Of a DNA stretch of 57,325 nucleotides, positions 41,462-50,949 are shown piece by piece. Position numbers and translations under genes: made by a program. This DNA comes from a virus, in the IMG/VR virus record IMGVR_UViG_3300031867_000069; one strand, 5' to 3'. Below the pieces are notes generated by a model, which ran no database searches, had not been told where the DNA came from, and was given only the letters and a program-made list of their open reading frames with translations. Each line of letters opens with the position of its first letter. Within the stretch, counting starts at the first letter, position 1.

Positions 41462-41770
41462 ATGGCAAAACATACTAATTACAGCAAACCAAAAAAAATC
41501 GATAAGGTAGAAGAAACAACAGTTAATGTTGAAGAAGTGCTACCGGTAGACGTTGAAACACCAGAAGTTCTTGTTGGATTTGTAAGCGGTTGCAAGAAAC
41601 TTAATGTTCGTTCGAATCCTTGGATTGATGCGGAAGTGCTAACTGTAATTGACGAGAACGATGAAGTGAGTGTTATTCGCTACGAAAGTGAACCAGCGGA
41701 TTTCTATCAAGTAAGAACAAAGAATGATGTCGAAGGTTATTGCATGAAAAAGTACATAACACTTAGTTAA
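41462..41770 (+). CDS. SH3-like domain protein (102 aa)
   Basis: The pattern LNVRSNPWIDAEVLTVIDENDEVSVI...FYQVRTKNDVEGYCMKKYI is typical of bacterial SH3 domains. Confidence 0.45.
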   Translation: MAKHTNYSKPKKIDKVEETTVNVEEVLPVDVETPEVLVGFVSGCKKLNVRSNPWIDAEVLTVIDENDEVSVIRYESEPADFYQVRTKNDVEGYCMKKYITLS

Positions 41771-41772
41771 GG

Positions 41773-42123
41773 ATGATGATCATGGATAGTGTATTAACAT
41801 CTATTAAAAAGCTGCTCGGTATTACCGAAGAGTATAAGCAGTTCGATCAGGATTTGATTATACATATTAACTCGGTGTTGATGGGATTGACACAAATCGG
41901 AGTTGGTCCTTCCGAAGGCATGAGAATCCAAGATGATTCTACTACTTGGAATGATTTATTATCAAATATTTCTAATCTTGAAGCTGTTAAAACATATGTG
42001 TATTTGAAAGTCAAAATGGTTTTTGATCCGCCTACAAGCTCTTCGGTGATGGATGCCATGAATAGATCAATAAACGAGTATGAATGGCGTTTAAACATAA
42101 ATGCCGATTCTCAAAAGGAGTGA
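41773..42123 (+). CDS. Hypothetical protein, possibly head-tail-connector-like (116 aa)
   Basis: Three in-frame ATGs (41773, 41776, 41782). Only weak resemblance to the N-terminus of gp6-like connectors. Confidence 0.45.
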   Translation: MMIMDSVLTSIKKLLGITEEYKQFDQDLIIHINSVLMGLTQIGVGPSEGMRIQDDSTTWNDLLSNISNLEAVKTYVYLKVKMVFDPPTSSSVMDAMNRSINEYEWRLNINADSQKE

Positions 42124-42128
42124 TTGCA

Positions 42129-42359
42129 ATGGACGTCACAACTATTGTAGTTGCTGTTTTATCTTTGGCTGGAACATTTATAGGAACATTAGGCGGCATA
42201 TTGACAAGTACAAAGTTAACAAGCTATAGAATTGAACAATTAGAAAAAAAAGTAGAAAAGCATAATTCAGTGGTTGAACGTACTACTGTTTTAGAAAAAG
42301 AGTTCGAAATAGTTCGGCACGATATTGATGAATTAAAAAATGATATGACTCGAAAATAA
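42129..42359 (+). CDS. Small membrane protein with coiled-coil tail (76 aa)
   Basis: SD AAAAGGAG lies before ATG 42129. TM segment IVVAVLSLAGTFIGTLGGIL, then RIEQLEKKVEKHN... Confidence 0.55.
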   Translation: MDVTTIVVAVLSLAGTFIGTLGGILTSTKLTSYRIEQLEKKVEKHNSVVERTTVLEKEFEIVRHDIDELKNDMTRK

Positions 42360-42374
42360 AGGACGGTGAGATTA

Positions 42375-43046
42375 ATGAATGATGAACTTTATCATCACGG
42401 TATCAAAGGTATGAAATGGGGCGTTCGTAGATATCAGAATAAAGACGGTAGTTTGACTCCTAGAGGAAAAAAGAAATATGGAACTAGAGAGAATTTTGAA
42501 AGGCACTTGGCCTCTAAAAAATTTAAAAAGAGTTCTCATAAACTTTCTGGTATAGAGAAGAAAAAGCCTATAAAGTCGGCTAAGGATATGACCGATGATG
42601 AATTAAAAAGTAGGATCAATCGTCTTCAAATGGAAAGGCAATATCTTGATTTAAATAAACAGATTTCTTCTTTAACTCCTAAAAAAGTGTCGAAAGGAGA
42701 ACAGTTCATCAAAGCAATCGGTAAAGACGTTATAGCTCCAGTTGCCAAAAATATTGGCAAACAATATTTGGAAAAAGCATTAAAGAAAAATCTAGGATTG
42801 GATATAAAAGATACTTTGGAAGGTCTAGAAAAAGAAGCAAAGAAATTAAGACTAAAAAAAGAAATAAATGATCTAAAGAATCCTAAAAAAGACTATAAAG
42901 ATGAATTTGTTAAGAATTGGAACAAACATAAAAGATGGAAAAAAGCAGTTGAAGAATATGAAAATGAAGCTGCTGATGATTTTGTAAATAGTAATGCTGA
43001 TTCCGGAAAGCAATATGTAGAAACAGCTTTGGCTATACGTAAATAG
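42375..43046 (+). CDS. Lys-rich protein with N-terminal LYHHGIKGMKWGVRR motif (223 aa)
   Basis: Shares a 53-bp exact DNA segment with 44839..45414. It sits immediately upstream of terL. Confidence 0.65.
   Translation: MNDELYHHGIKGMKWGVRRYQNKDGSLTPRGKKKYGTRENFERHLASKKFKKSSHKLSGIEKKKPIKSAKDMTDDELKSRINRLQMERQYLDLNKQISSLTPKKVSKGEQFIKAIGKDVIAPVAKNIGKQYLEKALKKNLGLDIKDTLEGLEKEAKKLRLKKEINDLKNPKKDYKDEFVKNWNKHKRWKKAVEEYENEAADDFVNSNADSGKQYVETALAIRK
42379..42431 (+). repeat. 53-bp exact direct repeat, copy 1
   Basis: atgatgaactttatcatcacggtatcaaaggtatgaaatggggcgttcgtaga, identical to 44867-44919. Confidence 0.95.
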
Positions 43047-43060
43047 CGAGGAGGATTTTT

Positions 43061-44824
43061 ATGGCATTATCGAATGTTGCCACCCCTAAATATTACGGTA
43101 AATTTCGAGATGCTGTAATTAGAGGTGAAATACCTGTATGCGAAGAAATTTCAATGGAAATGAATAGAGTAGATGCTCTTATTGATAATCCAGGAGTTTG
43201 GTATGACAATCAAGCTATAGACGGATTTATTAGATATTGTGAGAATGAACTAACTCTAACTGATGGCGAAGATTTGCATTTACTTGACACATTTAAACTT
43301 TGGGCTGAACAAATCTTTGGCTGGTATTATTTTGTAGATAGAAGTATTTATGTCCCTTCAGAAGATGGTCATGGCGGGCACTATGAAACTCGAACTATTA
43401 AAAAACGTTTAATTACAAAATTTTATTTAATAGTAGCTAGAGGTGCGGCCAAGTCTATGTTCGCATCATGTATTCAAAATTATTTTCTAAATGTCGATCC
43501 AGCGACAACGCATCAAGTGACAACAGCGCCAACAATGGCGCAGGCAGAAGAAGTTATGTCACCAATACGAACTGCCATCACTAGATCTAGAGGACCACTT
43601 TATAAATTTTTAACAGAAGGTTCCTTACAGAATACCACAGGTTCCAAGGCTAATCGTGTTAAATTGGCTAGTACTAAAAAAGGAATTCAGAATTTTCTGA
43701 CAGGTTCTTTATTAGAAGTAAGGCCTATGTCTATCGATAAACTACAAGGTTTACGAGTTAAGGTAGCGACAGTTGATGAATGGTTGTCTGGTGATATAAG
43801 AGAAGACGTCATAGGTGCGTTGGAACAAGGTGCTGCTAAAGAACAAGGCGGTGGTAAGAATGACGACTATCTAATATTAGCTATTAGTTCCGAAGGTACT
43901 GTTCGTAACGGAAGTGGCGATACAATCAAAATGGAATTAATGAGTATACTTAAAGGTGAATACAATGCTCCTCATACCGCTATTTGGTGGTACAAACTTG
44001 ATTCAATAGATGAAGTATCAGATCCATCCAAATGGTTGAAAGCCAATCCAAACCTTGGAAAAACAGTTTCCTACGAAACATATCAGCTTGACGTTGAAAG
44101 AGCAGAAAAGAATCCAGCTGCAAGAAACGATATCCTGGCAAAACGTTTTGGTTTACCTATGGAAGGTTATACATACTATTTTACATATGAAGAAACACTA
44201 CCACATAGAAGAAGAGACTATTGGGGTATGCCTTGTGCATTAGGAGGAGATTTATCTCAAGGTGACGACTTTTGTGCGTTTACATTTTTGTTTCCATTAT
44301 CGAGTGGGGCTTTTGGAGTAAAAACTCGAAATTATATAACTGAACTTACATTATCGAAATTACCAGGTGCCATGCGAATGAAATATGAAGAATTCATCAA
44401 AGAAGGAAGTTTAATAATCATGCCTGGCACTGTTCTAGATATGATGGAAGTTTATGAAGATCTAGATAATCATATTTCTAGAGTTGAGTATGATGTTCGT
44501 TGCTTTGGATTCGATCCATATAATGCGAGAGAGTTTGTCGAAAGATGGGAACGAGAAAACGGACCATTCGGCATAGAAAAAGTAATCCAGGGTTCCAAAA
44601 CAGAATCTGTTCCGCTAGGAGAGTTAAAGAAACTTGCTGAAGAAAGAATGCTTTTGTTTGATGAAGAACTGATGACATTTGCGATGGGTAACTGTATCAC
44701 ATTAGAGGATACTAATGGTAATCGTAAATTATATAAGAAAAGATATGAACAAAAAATCGATGCAGTTGCGGCTATGATGGATGCATATGTTGCATTTAAG
44801 CTTAACCGAGAAGCTTTCGAATAA
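43061..44824 (+). CDS. terL: Terminase large subunit (587 aa)
   Basis: Walker A-like LIVARGAAKS, Walker B KVATVDEW, and nuclease C-terminus QKIDAVAAMMDAYVAF. Terminase_1/COG4626-like. Confidence 0.9.
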   Translation: MALSNVATPKYYGKFRDAVIRGEIPVCEEISMEMNRVDALIDNPGVWYDNQAIDGFIRYCENELTLTDGEDLHLLDTFKLWAEQIFGWYYFVDRSIYVPSEDGHGGHYETRTIKKRLITKFYLIVARGAAKSMFASCIQNYFLNVDPATTHQVTTAPTMAQAEEVMSPIRTAITRSRGPLYKFLTEGSLQNTTGSKANRVKLASTKKGIQNFLTGSLLEVRPMSIDKLQGLRVKVATVDEWLSGDIREDVIGALEQGAAKEQGGGKNDDYLILAISSEGTVRNGSGDTIKMELMSILKGEYNAPHTAIWWYKLDSIDEVSDPSKWLKANPNLGKTVSYETYQLDVERAEKNPAARNDILAKRFGLPMEGYTYYFTYEETLPHRRRDYWGMPCALGGDLSQGDDFCAFTFLFPLSSGAFGVKTRNYITELTLSKLPGAMRMKYEEFIKEGSLIIMPGTVLDMMEVYEDLDNHISRVEYDVRCFGFDPYNAREFVERWERENGPFGIEKVIQGSKTESVPLGELKKLAEERMLLFDEELMTFAMGNCITLEDTNGNRKLYKKRYEQKIDAVAAMMDAYVAFKLNREAFE

Positions 44825-44838
44825 TAAGGAGGATAATA

Positions 44839-45414
44839 ATGACTAATTACATTATAAAAACAAAGGATGATGAACTTTATCATCACGGTATCAAAGGTAT
44901 GAAATGGGGCGTTCGTAGACAACAGAAAAAACAGGCAAAGAAAGATTTTGCAAACATGCCAAGTAAGAAGAAAGGCCCAGTTGATATTGGTAATTCCGCA
45001 GCACGAAGTTATTTTAAGTCGCAAAATCTTATAAGAAAGGCTGATAAAACTAGAAGTTTTGCCAAGTATAGGAAATTAAATAAAAAAGCCCATCGTTTGC
45101 AAAAAATAGCAGATAGAAAAACAGGTCAATTAAACGAGGCGCAAGTTAAAGCCGGTCGCTATAGAATCGCTAGAAATAGAAACTATAGAAGAACAGCTTT
45201 ATCCGCTGTTATAGGAACAGCAGCTGGAGTAGCTGCTATGGGACTTGGTGCAGCAGCATTGGGCGTTCCTATTGCTGGTGCGGCATACATTACAAGTAGA
45301 TATGCTAGTGGTGGTAGACGATATCGAAGAGAACAGATTAGTTATAAGAAGTTTGCAACAAAAGAAAGCAAGCCGATAAAGAAAAATAAATCTAAATCTA
45401 AATCTAGTAAATAA
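44839..45414 (+). CDS. Basic protein with N-terminal LYHHGIKGMKWGVRR motif and C-terminal Gly/Ala-rich hydrophobic segment (191 aa)
   Basis: SD AAGGAGG. Hydrophobic segment ALSAVIGTAAGVAAMGLGAAALGVPIAGAAYI. It lies between terL and the portal gene. Confidence 0.65.
   Translation: MTNYIIKTKDDELYHHGIKGMKWGVRRQQKKQAKKDFANMPSKKKGPVDIGNSAARSYFKSQNLIRKADKTRSFAKYRKLNKKAHRLQKIADRKTGQLNEAQVKAGRYRIARNRNYRRTALSAVIGTAAGVAAMGLGAAALGVPIAGAAYITSRYASGGRRYRREQISYKKFATKESKPIKKNKSKSKSSK
44867..44919 (+). repeat. 53-bp exact direct repeat, copy 2
   Basis: Identical to 42379-42431. Confidence 0.95.
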
Positions 45415-45434
45415 TATCTAGTGGGAGTATCAAA

Positions 45435-46679
45435 ATGGAAATAAACATAGGTACAAGAGTTAAACGCGCCTGGAATGCGTTTTTAAACAGAAGTCCTACT
45501 ACTAGAGCTGATATAGGTTCTAGTTATTCATACAGACCGGATCGTCCACGGTTGGCAAGAGGCAATGATCGTTCGATTATAACGGCTGTCTATAATAGAT
45601 TAGCGATCGATATATCATCAATCGAAATAAAACATTGTAAATTGGATGACGAGGGTAGATATTTATCCGACGTTGATTCTGGGCTTAATGAGTGTTTAAA
45701 CACTTCTGCCAATATAGATCAAACAGGTCGATCATTTATACAAGACGTGGTAATGTCTATGTTCGATGAAGGTTGTGTGGCAATAGTGCCAGTAGATACA
45801 AACGCCGATCCTAAAGAAACTAATTCCTATGATATATTATCTTTGAGAACTGGCAAAATAGTGGATTGGTATCCATCTCATGTGAAGGTTAAATTATATA
45901 ATGATAGGACGGGTAACAAAGAAGAATTAATATTTGCGAAGTCTAATGTTGCGATTATTGAAAATCCTTTTTATTCCGTAATGAATGAGCCGAATTCGAC
46001 TTTACAGCGTTTGATTAGAAAATTAAGTTTATTGGATGTGACAGATGAAAACACGGCTTCTAGTAAATTAGATTTGATAATTCAGTTGCCTTACGTTATA
46101 AAAACGGATGCTCGAAGAAAGCAAGCTGAAGATAGGCGAAAAGATATTGAAAAACAATTATCCGGATCTAAATATGGCATAGCTTACACTGACGGTACCG
46201 AAAAAATCACTCAACTTAATAGAAGTGTAGAAAATAATTTGTTGTCGCAAATAGAATCATTGACTAATCAATTATTTAGTCAGCTTGGAATAACACAATC
46301 TGTTTTGGATGGAACTGCCGACGAACAAACAATGCTTAACTATAATAATAGGACAATTGAACCGATAATATCAGCCATTATCGATGAAATGAAACGAAAA
46401 TTTCTAACAAAAACGGCCAGATCACAAGGTCAATCAATAGTGGCTTTTAGAGATCCTTTCAAACTTGTTCCTTTAAATAACATAGCTGATATGGCCGATA
46501 AATTCACTAGAAATGAGATTCTAACTTCAAACGAATTTAGGCAAATAATCGGTATGAAACCATCAGATGATCCAAAAGCGGATGAACTGGTAAATAGTAA
46601 CATTAGTCAACCTAGTGAAGGTGAAAACTCCGATGAGTATTCAGAATTTTCAGATAATGAAGAAACATATCCGGATTAA
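45435..46679 (+). CDS. Portal protein (414 aa)
   Basis: Called on size and position between terL and the protease-capsid gene. The C-terminus is acidic. Confidence 0.6.
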   Translation: MEINIGTRVKRAWNAFLNRSPTTRADIGSSYSYRPDRPRLARGNDRSIITAVYNRLAIDISSIEIKHCKLDDEGRYLSDVDSGLNECLNTSANIDQTGRSFIQDVVMSMFDEGCVAIVPVDTNADPKETNSYDILSLRTGKIVDWYPSHVKVKLYNDRTGNKEELIFAKSNVAIIENPFYSVMNEPNSTLQRLIRKLSLLDVTDENTASSKLDLIIQLPYVIKTDARRKQAEDRRKDIEKQLSGSKYGIAYTDGTEKITQLNRSVENNLLSQIESLTNQLFSQLGITQSVLDGTADEQTMLNYNNRTIEPIISAIIDEMKRKFLTKTARSQGQSIVAFRDPFKLVPLNNIADMADKFTRNEILTSNEFRQIIGMKPSDDPKADELVNSNISQPSEGENSDEYSEFSDNEETYPD

Positions 46680-46717
46680 ACACACAAATTTCTAATATAT
46701 AAGGAGGAAAAATCAAA

Positions 46718-48538
46718 ATGGATTATGATTTTAGTGGTTGGGCCACCAGAAATGATCTATTATGTGGAGATGGACGTACCATTCGAAAGAATGCGTTTAT
46801 TGAAAATGATGGCGAAACCGTTCCATTAATATATAATCACGATCATTCAAACCCTGATGCTGTTTTGGGTCACGCTCTTTTACAAAACAGAGATGAAGGC
46901 GTTTATGCCTATTGCAAATTCAATGATACAGAATCAGGGCAGCATGCCAAAGAACTTGTCAAAAATGGCGACGTTCGTTCTTTATCTATTTATGCTAATA
47001 AGCTTAAACAGATTGGACGCGACGTTATTCATGGCAGTATTAAAGAATTAAGTTTAGTTCTTGCAGGCGCTAATCCGGGAGCTTACATTGATTTTGTAAT
47101 GGCTCACGGCGACGACGAAGAAGACGGATTATATGCGAACTATGACGAAAGTGCATTAGTGCTTTATCATTCAGATAGTTCTGCTAAAAAGGAGGAAAAA
47201 GAAATGAAGGAAGAGAAAAATAAGACTCCCGAGTCTAACGATAAGGGCGATGAAAAAACAGTTCAAGACGTTCTTGACACTTTCAATGACGAACAGACTA
47301 AGGTTCTATATGCATTGATCGGTCAAGCACTACAGGATGCTGGTGTAGAACCAGAAGATTTAGAAGATGATGAAGAAGGAGACGATGAAGATATGAAACA
47401 TAACGTATTTGATAACGATGTGCAGACATCACAGAATGTTCTAACCCATGCCGATCAGGAAGCTATTATTGAACTTGCCAAATCTAAGAATGTTGGTAGT
47501 TTCCAGTCAGCTCTAGAACTTTATGCTGAAGATCATCTTGCGCATGGTATTGATAGTATTGAAACTCTATTCCCAGAATACGAACTAACAAATCCTGGTG
47601 CTCCAGAGATGCTCACTAGAGACCAGACATGGGTTGAATCTGTTCTAAGCAAAGCTCATAAAAGTCCTATCAGTAGAATCAGAACAAGACATGCTGATGT
47701 TAGAGCAGAAGATATCAGAGCTATGGGTTATAAAAAGACTAAGGAAAAGCAGCTTATTGCTAATCTAAAGCTGTTGAACAGAACTACAGATCCTCAGACA
47801 GTTTATGTTAAGGATAAACTAGAAAGAGATGATATTATTGATATCACTGATTTCGATGTAGTAGAGTATCAGCGCAAAATTATGCGTATGGCATTGAACG
47901 AAGAAATTGCTAAAGCTATTCTTATTGGTGATGGCAGAGAAGAAGGCGACGAAGGCAAGATTCAAGAAACTCATATTCGTTCTATTTGGAAAGATGAAGA
48001 TCTATACACAATTCGTGCTGATGTTGATGTTGCAGCAGCAAAGAAGGAACTTCAGGGCTCTAATACATCCGCTAATTTTGGCGAAAATTATGTTTACGCA
48101 GAAGCTATCATTACTGCAGCTCTTTATGCTCGTGAAAAGTATAAGGGTAGTGGTAGTCTAGATTTCTATTGCACACCACATCTTCTAAATGTTATGTTGT
48201 TAGCTAGAGACCTAAATGGCCGCAGAATTTATGATTCAAAGTCTGATCTTGCAGCGGCATTAAATGTAGCTGATATTAAGACAGTTGAACAGTTCGAAGG
48301 TAAGACACGTACAACTTCTGATGGTAAAACTAAGAAGCTTCTAGGTCTATTTGTAAACATGAGTGACTATCAGATCGGTTCCACAAAGGGTGGCGAAATC
48401 ACAAACTTTGAAGATTTCGATATTGACTTCAATAACTATAAGTATCTAATGGAAACTAGACTATCTGGTGCATTAACAAAAGCATTCTCAGCTATTGCTC
48501 TTGAAGAACCAGTTGCGGAAGCTGAAGTATCAGGCTGA
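46718..48538 (+). CDS. Prohead protease - acidic scaffold-like linker - HK97-fold major capsid protein fusion (606 aa)
   Basis: The N-terminus resembles S78/U35 proteases (VPLIYNHDHSNPDAVLGH...SLSIYAN...IKELSLVLAGANPGAYI). A Glu/Asp/Lys-rich linker spans about residues 150-225. The C-terminal ~380 aa are capsid-like. Confidence 0.75.
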   Translation: MDYDFSGWATRNDLLCGDGRTIRKNAFIENDGETVPLIYNHDHSNPDAVLGHALLQNRDEGVYAYCKFNDTESGQHAKELVKNGDVRSLSIYANKLKQIGRDVIHGSIKELSLVLAGANPGAYIDFVMAHGDDEEDGLYANYDESALVLYHSDSSAKKEEKEMKEEKNKTPESNDKGDEKTVQDVLDTFNDEQTKVLYALIGQALQDAGVEPEDLEDDEEGDDEDMKHNVFDNDVQTSQNVLTHADQEAIIELAKSKNVGSFQSALELYAEDHLAHGIDSIETLFPEYELTNPGAPEMLTRDQTWVESVLSKAHKSPISRIRTRHADVRAEDIRAMGYKKTKEKQLIANLKLLNRTTDPQTVYVKDKLERDDIIDITDFDVVEYQRKIMRMALNEEIAKAILIGDGREEGDEGKIQETHIRSIWKDEDLYTIRADVDVAAAKKELQGSNTSANFGENYVYAEAIITAALYAREKYKGSGSLDFYCTPHLLNVMLLARDLNGRRIYDSKSDLAAALNVADIKTVEQFEGKTRTTSDGKTKKLLGLFVNMSDYQIGSTKGGEITNFEDFDIDFNNYKYLMETRLSGALTKAFSAIALEEPVAEAEVSG

Positions 48539-48556
48539 TAAAAGGAGAGATTCAAA

Positions 48557-48877
48557 ATGGGCAAATGGTATGGAAAAATAGGTTTTGCTGAAACCATGGA
48601 AACAGAACCTGGCGTTTGGGAAGATGATCGCATCACAGAGCATGATTATTATGGTGAAACGATTAGAAATTGGTCTAAAAAGTTTCAGCCTTCATCAGGG
48701 GTTAATGATAACATTACTTTGTCTAATAGTATCAGCATATTAGCAGATCCGTTTGCCACCAAGAATCTCGGCAATATGCGTTATGTTACATTCATGGGTT
48801 CTAATTGGAAAATCACAGATGTTGAAGTCCAGTACCCTAGAATAATTTTAACCATAGGGGGGTTGTATAATGGCTGA
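48557..48877 (+). CDS. Head-tail adaptor / head-closure protein (106 aa)
   Basis: Called by synteny directly after the capsid gene. Confidence 0.4.
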   Translation: MGKWYGKIGFAETMETEPGVWEDDRITEHDYYGETIRNWSKKFQPSSGVNDNITLSNSISILADPFATKNLGNMRYVTFMGSNWKITDVEVQYPRIILTIGGLYNG

Positions 48878-49175
48878 TAGATTGAAATTGCATGCGAAGC
48901 TAATCGAGCTATTAGGAAGTAATCATGTTTATTATCAATCCCCTGAAACAATCAAAATGGAGTATCCTGCTATACGATACTCTAAAACTAACATAAAGAG
49001 TACATTTGCGAACAGCAATGTGTATTCAAATAAAAAATCATATGAAATAATTGTGATAGATAAGAAGCCAGATAATCCTATCATAGATAAAATGTTTGAG
49101 TTACCTTATGTGCGATTTGATAGACATTATGTGGCAGACAATCTAAATCATGATGTATTTACATTATATTATTAA
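48870..49175 (+). CDS. Head-tail joining / tail completion protein (101 aa)
   Basis: Called by synteny. It overlaps the upstream gene by 8 nt. Confidence 0.35.
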   Translation: MADRLKLHAKLIELLGSNHVYYQSPETIKMEYPAIRYSKTNIKSTFANSNVYSNKKSYEIIVIDKKPDNPIIDKMFELPYVRFDRHYVADNLNHDVFTLYY

Positions 49176-49191
49176 AAGGAGGACAAATATT

Positions 49192-49869
49192 ATGTCTAAA
49201 TTAGTATGGGACAAAGAAGGCGAACATCTTTACGAAACTGGTGTCAAAAATTGTGCCTTATATGTTCATGATGGTAAAAAATATGGCAACGGTGTTGCGT
49301 GGAACGGTATCACAGGTATCACAGAAAGTCCATCCGGTGCGGAAGCAAGCCCACTATATGCTGATGATACTAAGTATCTAAACTTATACAGCGTAGAGGA
49401 ACTAGGTGCTACAGTTGAAGCTTATACATATCCTGACGAATTCGCAGAATGTGATGGTTCTGCTTCAGTTGCTACTGGCGTTACTATTGGTCAGCAGAAT
49501 CGTAAAACTTTCGGCCTAGCTTATAAGACCGTTGTAGGTAACGACACAGAGGCTAACGATTATGGTTATAAAATTCATATCATTTATGGTGCTAAGGCTT
49601 CTCCTTCTGAGAAAGCATACGCTACAATTAACGACAGTCCAGAAGCTATCACATTCTCTTGGGAACTTACAACAACTCCAGTAGAAATTACTGGTTATAA
49701 GAAAACCGCTAGCGTCACTATCGATACAACCAAGTTTACAACAGAAGAAGCTAAGAATAAGCTTAAGTCTCTAGAAGATAAGCTATTTGGTTCTGAAAAT
49801 GAAGAACCTACTCTTCTTATGCCTAATGAAATCATTACGTTAATCGGCAAAAATGTAGTATCAGGCTGA
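49192..49869 (+). CDS. Major tail protein (225 aa)
   Basis: SD AAAAGGAGG lies before ATG 49192. The N-terminus is MSKLVWDKEGEHLYETGVKNCALYV. A strong terminator follows. No sheath gene is present. Confidence 0.7.
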   Translation: MSKLVWDKEGEHLYETGVKNCALYVHDGKKYGNGVAWNGITGITESPSGAEASPLYADDTKYLNLYSVEELGATVEAYTYPDEFAECDGSASVATGVTIGQQNRKTFGLAYKTVVGNDTEANDYGYKIHIIYGAKASPSEKAYATINDSPEAITFSWELTTTPVEITGYKKTASVTIDTTKFTTEEAKNKLKSLEDKLFGSENEEPTLLMPNEIITLIGKNVVSG

Positions 49870-49900
49870 TTTATTTAATCTATTAAAAATTATTAATCTA

Positions 49901-49932
49901 AGGTCTCTCCTTTACGGGAGAGGCCTGTTTTT
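49901..49932 (+). terminator. Rho-independent terminator after the major tail gene
   Basis: 10-bp stem (aggtctctcc / ggagaggcct, one G-U pair), then gttttt. Confidence 0.8.
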
Positions 49933-49954
49933 ATTACCGAAAGGAGAAACCAAA

Positions 49955-50371
49955 ATGTTAACAAAAACTATCAAATATACAGACTATAATGGTGTAGAAA
50001 GAAGCGAGGACTTCTCATTCAATCTTACCAAAGCAGAAATTATGGAAATGGAAATGAGCACAGTTGGTGGCTTAGCAGAGTCAATTAATAAGATCGTTGC
50101 CGCCCAGGATGCTCCGCAGCTAATCAAATTATTTAAAGATCTCATTCTTAAAGCTTATGGCGAAAAGAGTGCAGATGGTAAACGATTCGTGAAGAGCGAT
50201 GAGCTAAGAGAAGCCTTCTCTCAAACTGAAGCATATTCAATTCTATTTATGGAACTAGCTGAAAATGCTGATGAAGCTTCAAGATTCATCAATGGTATTA
50301 TTCCTGCGGATCTTAGTAAAGAACTACAGAAGCAACAGGCTCCAAAGATTCCAGGACAAATTAATAAATAA
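49955..50371 (+). CDS. Tail assembly chaperone (138 aa)
   Basis: FSFNLTKAEIMEMEMS... plus an acidic region. It lies after the major tail gene. Confidence 0.6.
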   Translation: MLTKTIKYTDYNGVERSEDFSFNLTKAEIMEMEMSTVGGLAESINKIVAAQDAPQLIKLFKDLILKAYGEKSADGKRFVKSDELREAFSQTEAYSILFMELAENADEASRFINGIIPADLSKELQKQQAPKIPGQINK

Positions 50372-50397
50372 AGTAGATTATTACGGAGGAATAAGGA

Positions 50398-50949
50398 ATG
50401 CTTCGAATTACAATACCTGCGACTGAACTATGGGACGAAAGAAAAGAAGAATTTGTTTCCATAAAAGAAAAGACGTTGGAATTGGAGCATTCCCTCGTCT
50501 CTCTTTCAAAATGGGAATCAAAATGGTGTAAACCTTTCTTAACAGATGCGAAGAAAACTGATGAAGAAACTATAGATTACATAAGATGTATGACTATTAC
50601 ACCTAATGTTGATCCAGAAATATATTATGCGTTGACCAAAGAAAACGTTGAACAAATAAATAAGTATATAGAATCCCCAATGACCGCAACATTTTTTTCA
50701 AAAGATAAAGCTAGAGGCGGCAGGGGAATGAGCAGAGAGATAATAACTTCCGAACTTATATATTATTGGATGATTTCTTTTAACATCCCATTTGAATGCC
50801 AGAAATGGCATATAAACAGACTCATTACATTAATCAAGGTTTGTAGTATAAAGAATGAACCCCCTAAGAAGATGAGTAAAAAATCGCTAATGAGTCGTAA
50901 CGCAGCTTTAAACGCTGCTCGAAGAAAGCAATTTAACACGAAAGGATGA
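50398..50949 (+). CDS. Gp15-like tail-module protein / second chaperone (183 aa)
   Basis: LEHSLVSLSKWESKWCKPFL...EETIDYIRCMT is a pattern I recall from Bacillota siphovirus Gp15-type proteins. Confidence 0.45.
   Translation: MLRITIPATELWDERKEEFVSIKEKTLELEHSLVSLSKWESKWCKPFLTDAKKTDEETIDYIRCMTITPNVDPEIYYALTKENVEQINKYIESPMTATFFSKDKARGGRGMSREIITSELIYYWMISFNIPFECQKWHINRLITLIKVCSIKNEPPKKMSKKSLMSRNAALNAARRKQFNTKG

Noticed and set aside
44470-45024. 184-aa minus-strand ORF overlapping the end of terL and the next gene. Similar overlapping ORFs at 17594-18034, 18156-18552, 28436-28783 and 35082-35471 were treated the same way.
   Set aside because: They lack SD sequences and are fully embedded in stronger + strand genes with recognisable motifs or proper translation signals.
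49955-50949. Looked for the canonical -1 programmed frameshift between the two chaperone-like genes upstream of the TMP.
   Set aside because: The two ORFs are separated by a 26-nt gap with its own SD (ACGGAGG) and ATG. I saw no slippery heptamer or overlapping extended frame. They are also not adjacent to the TMP here.
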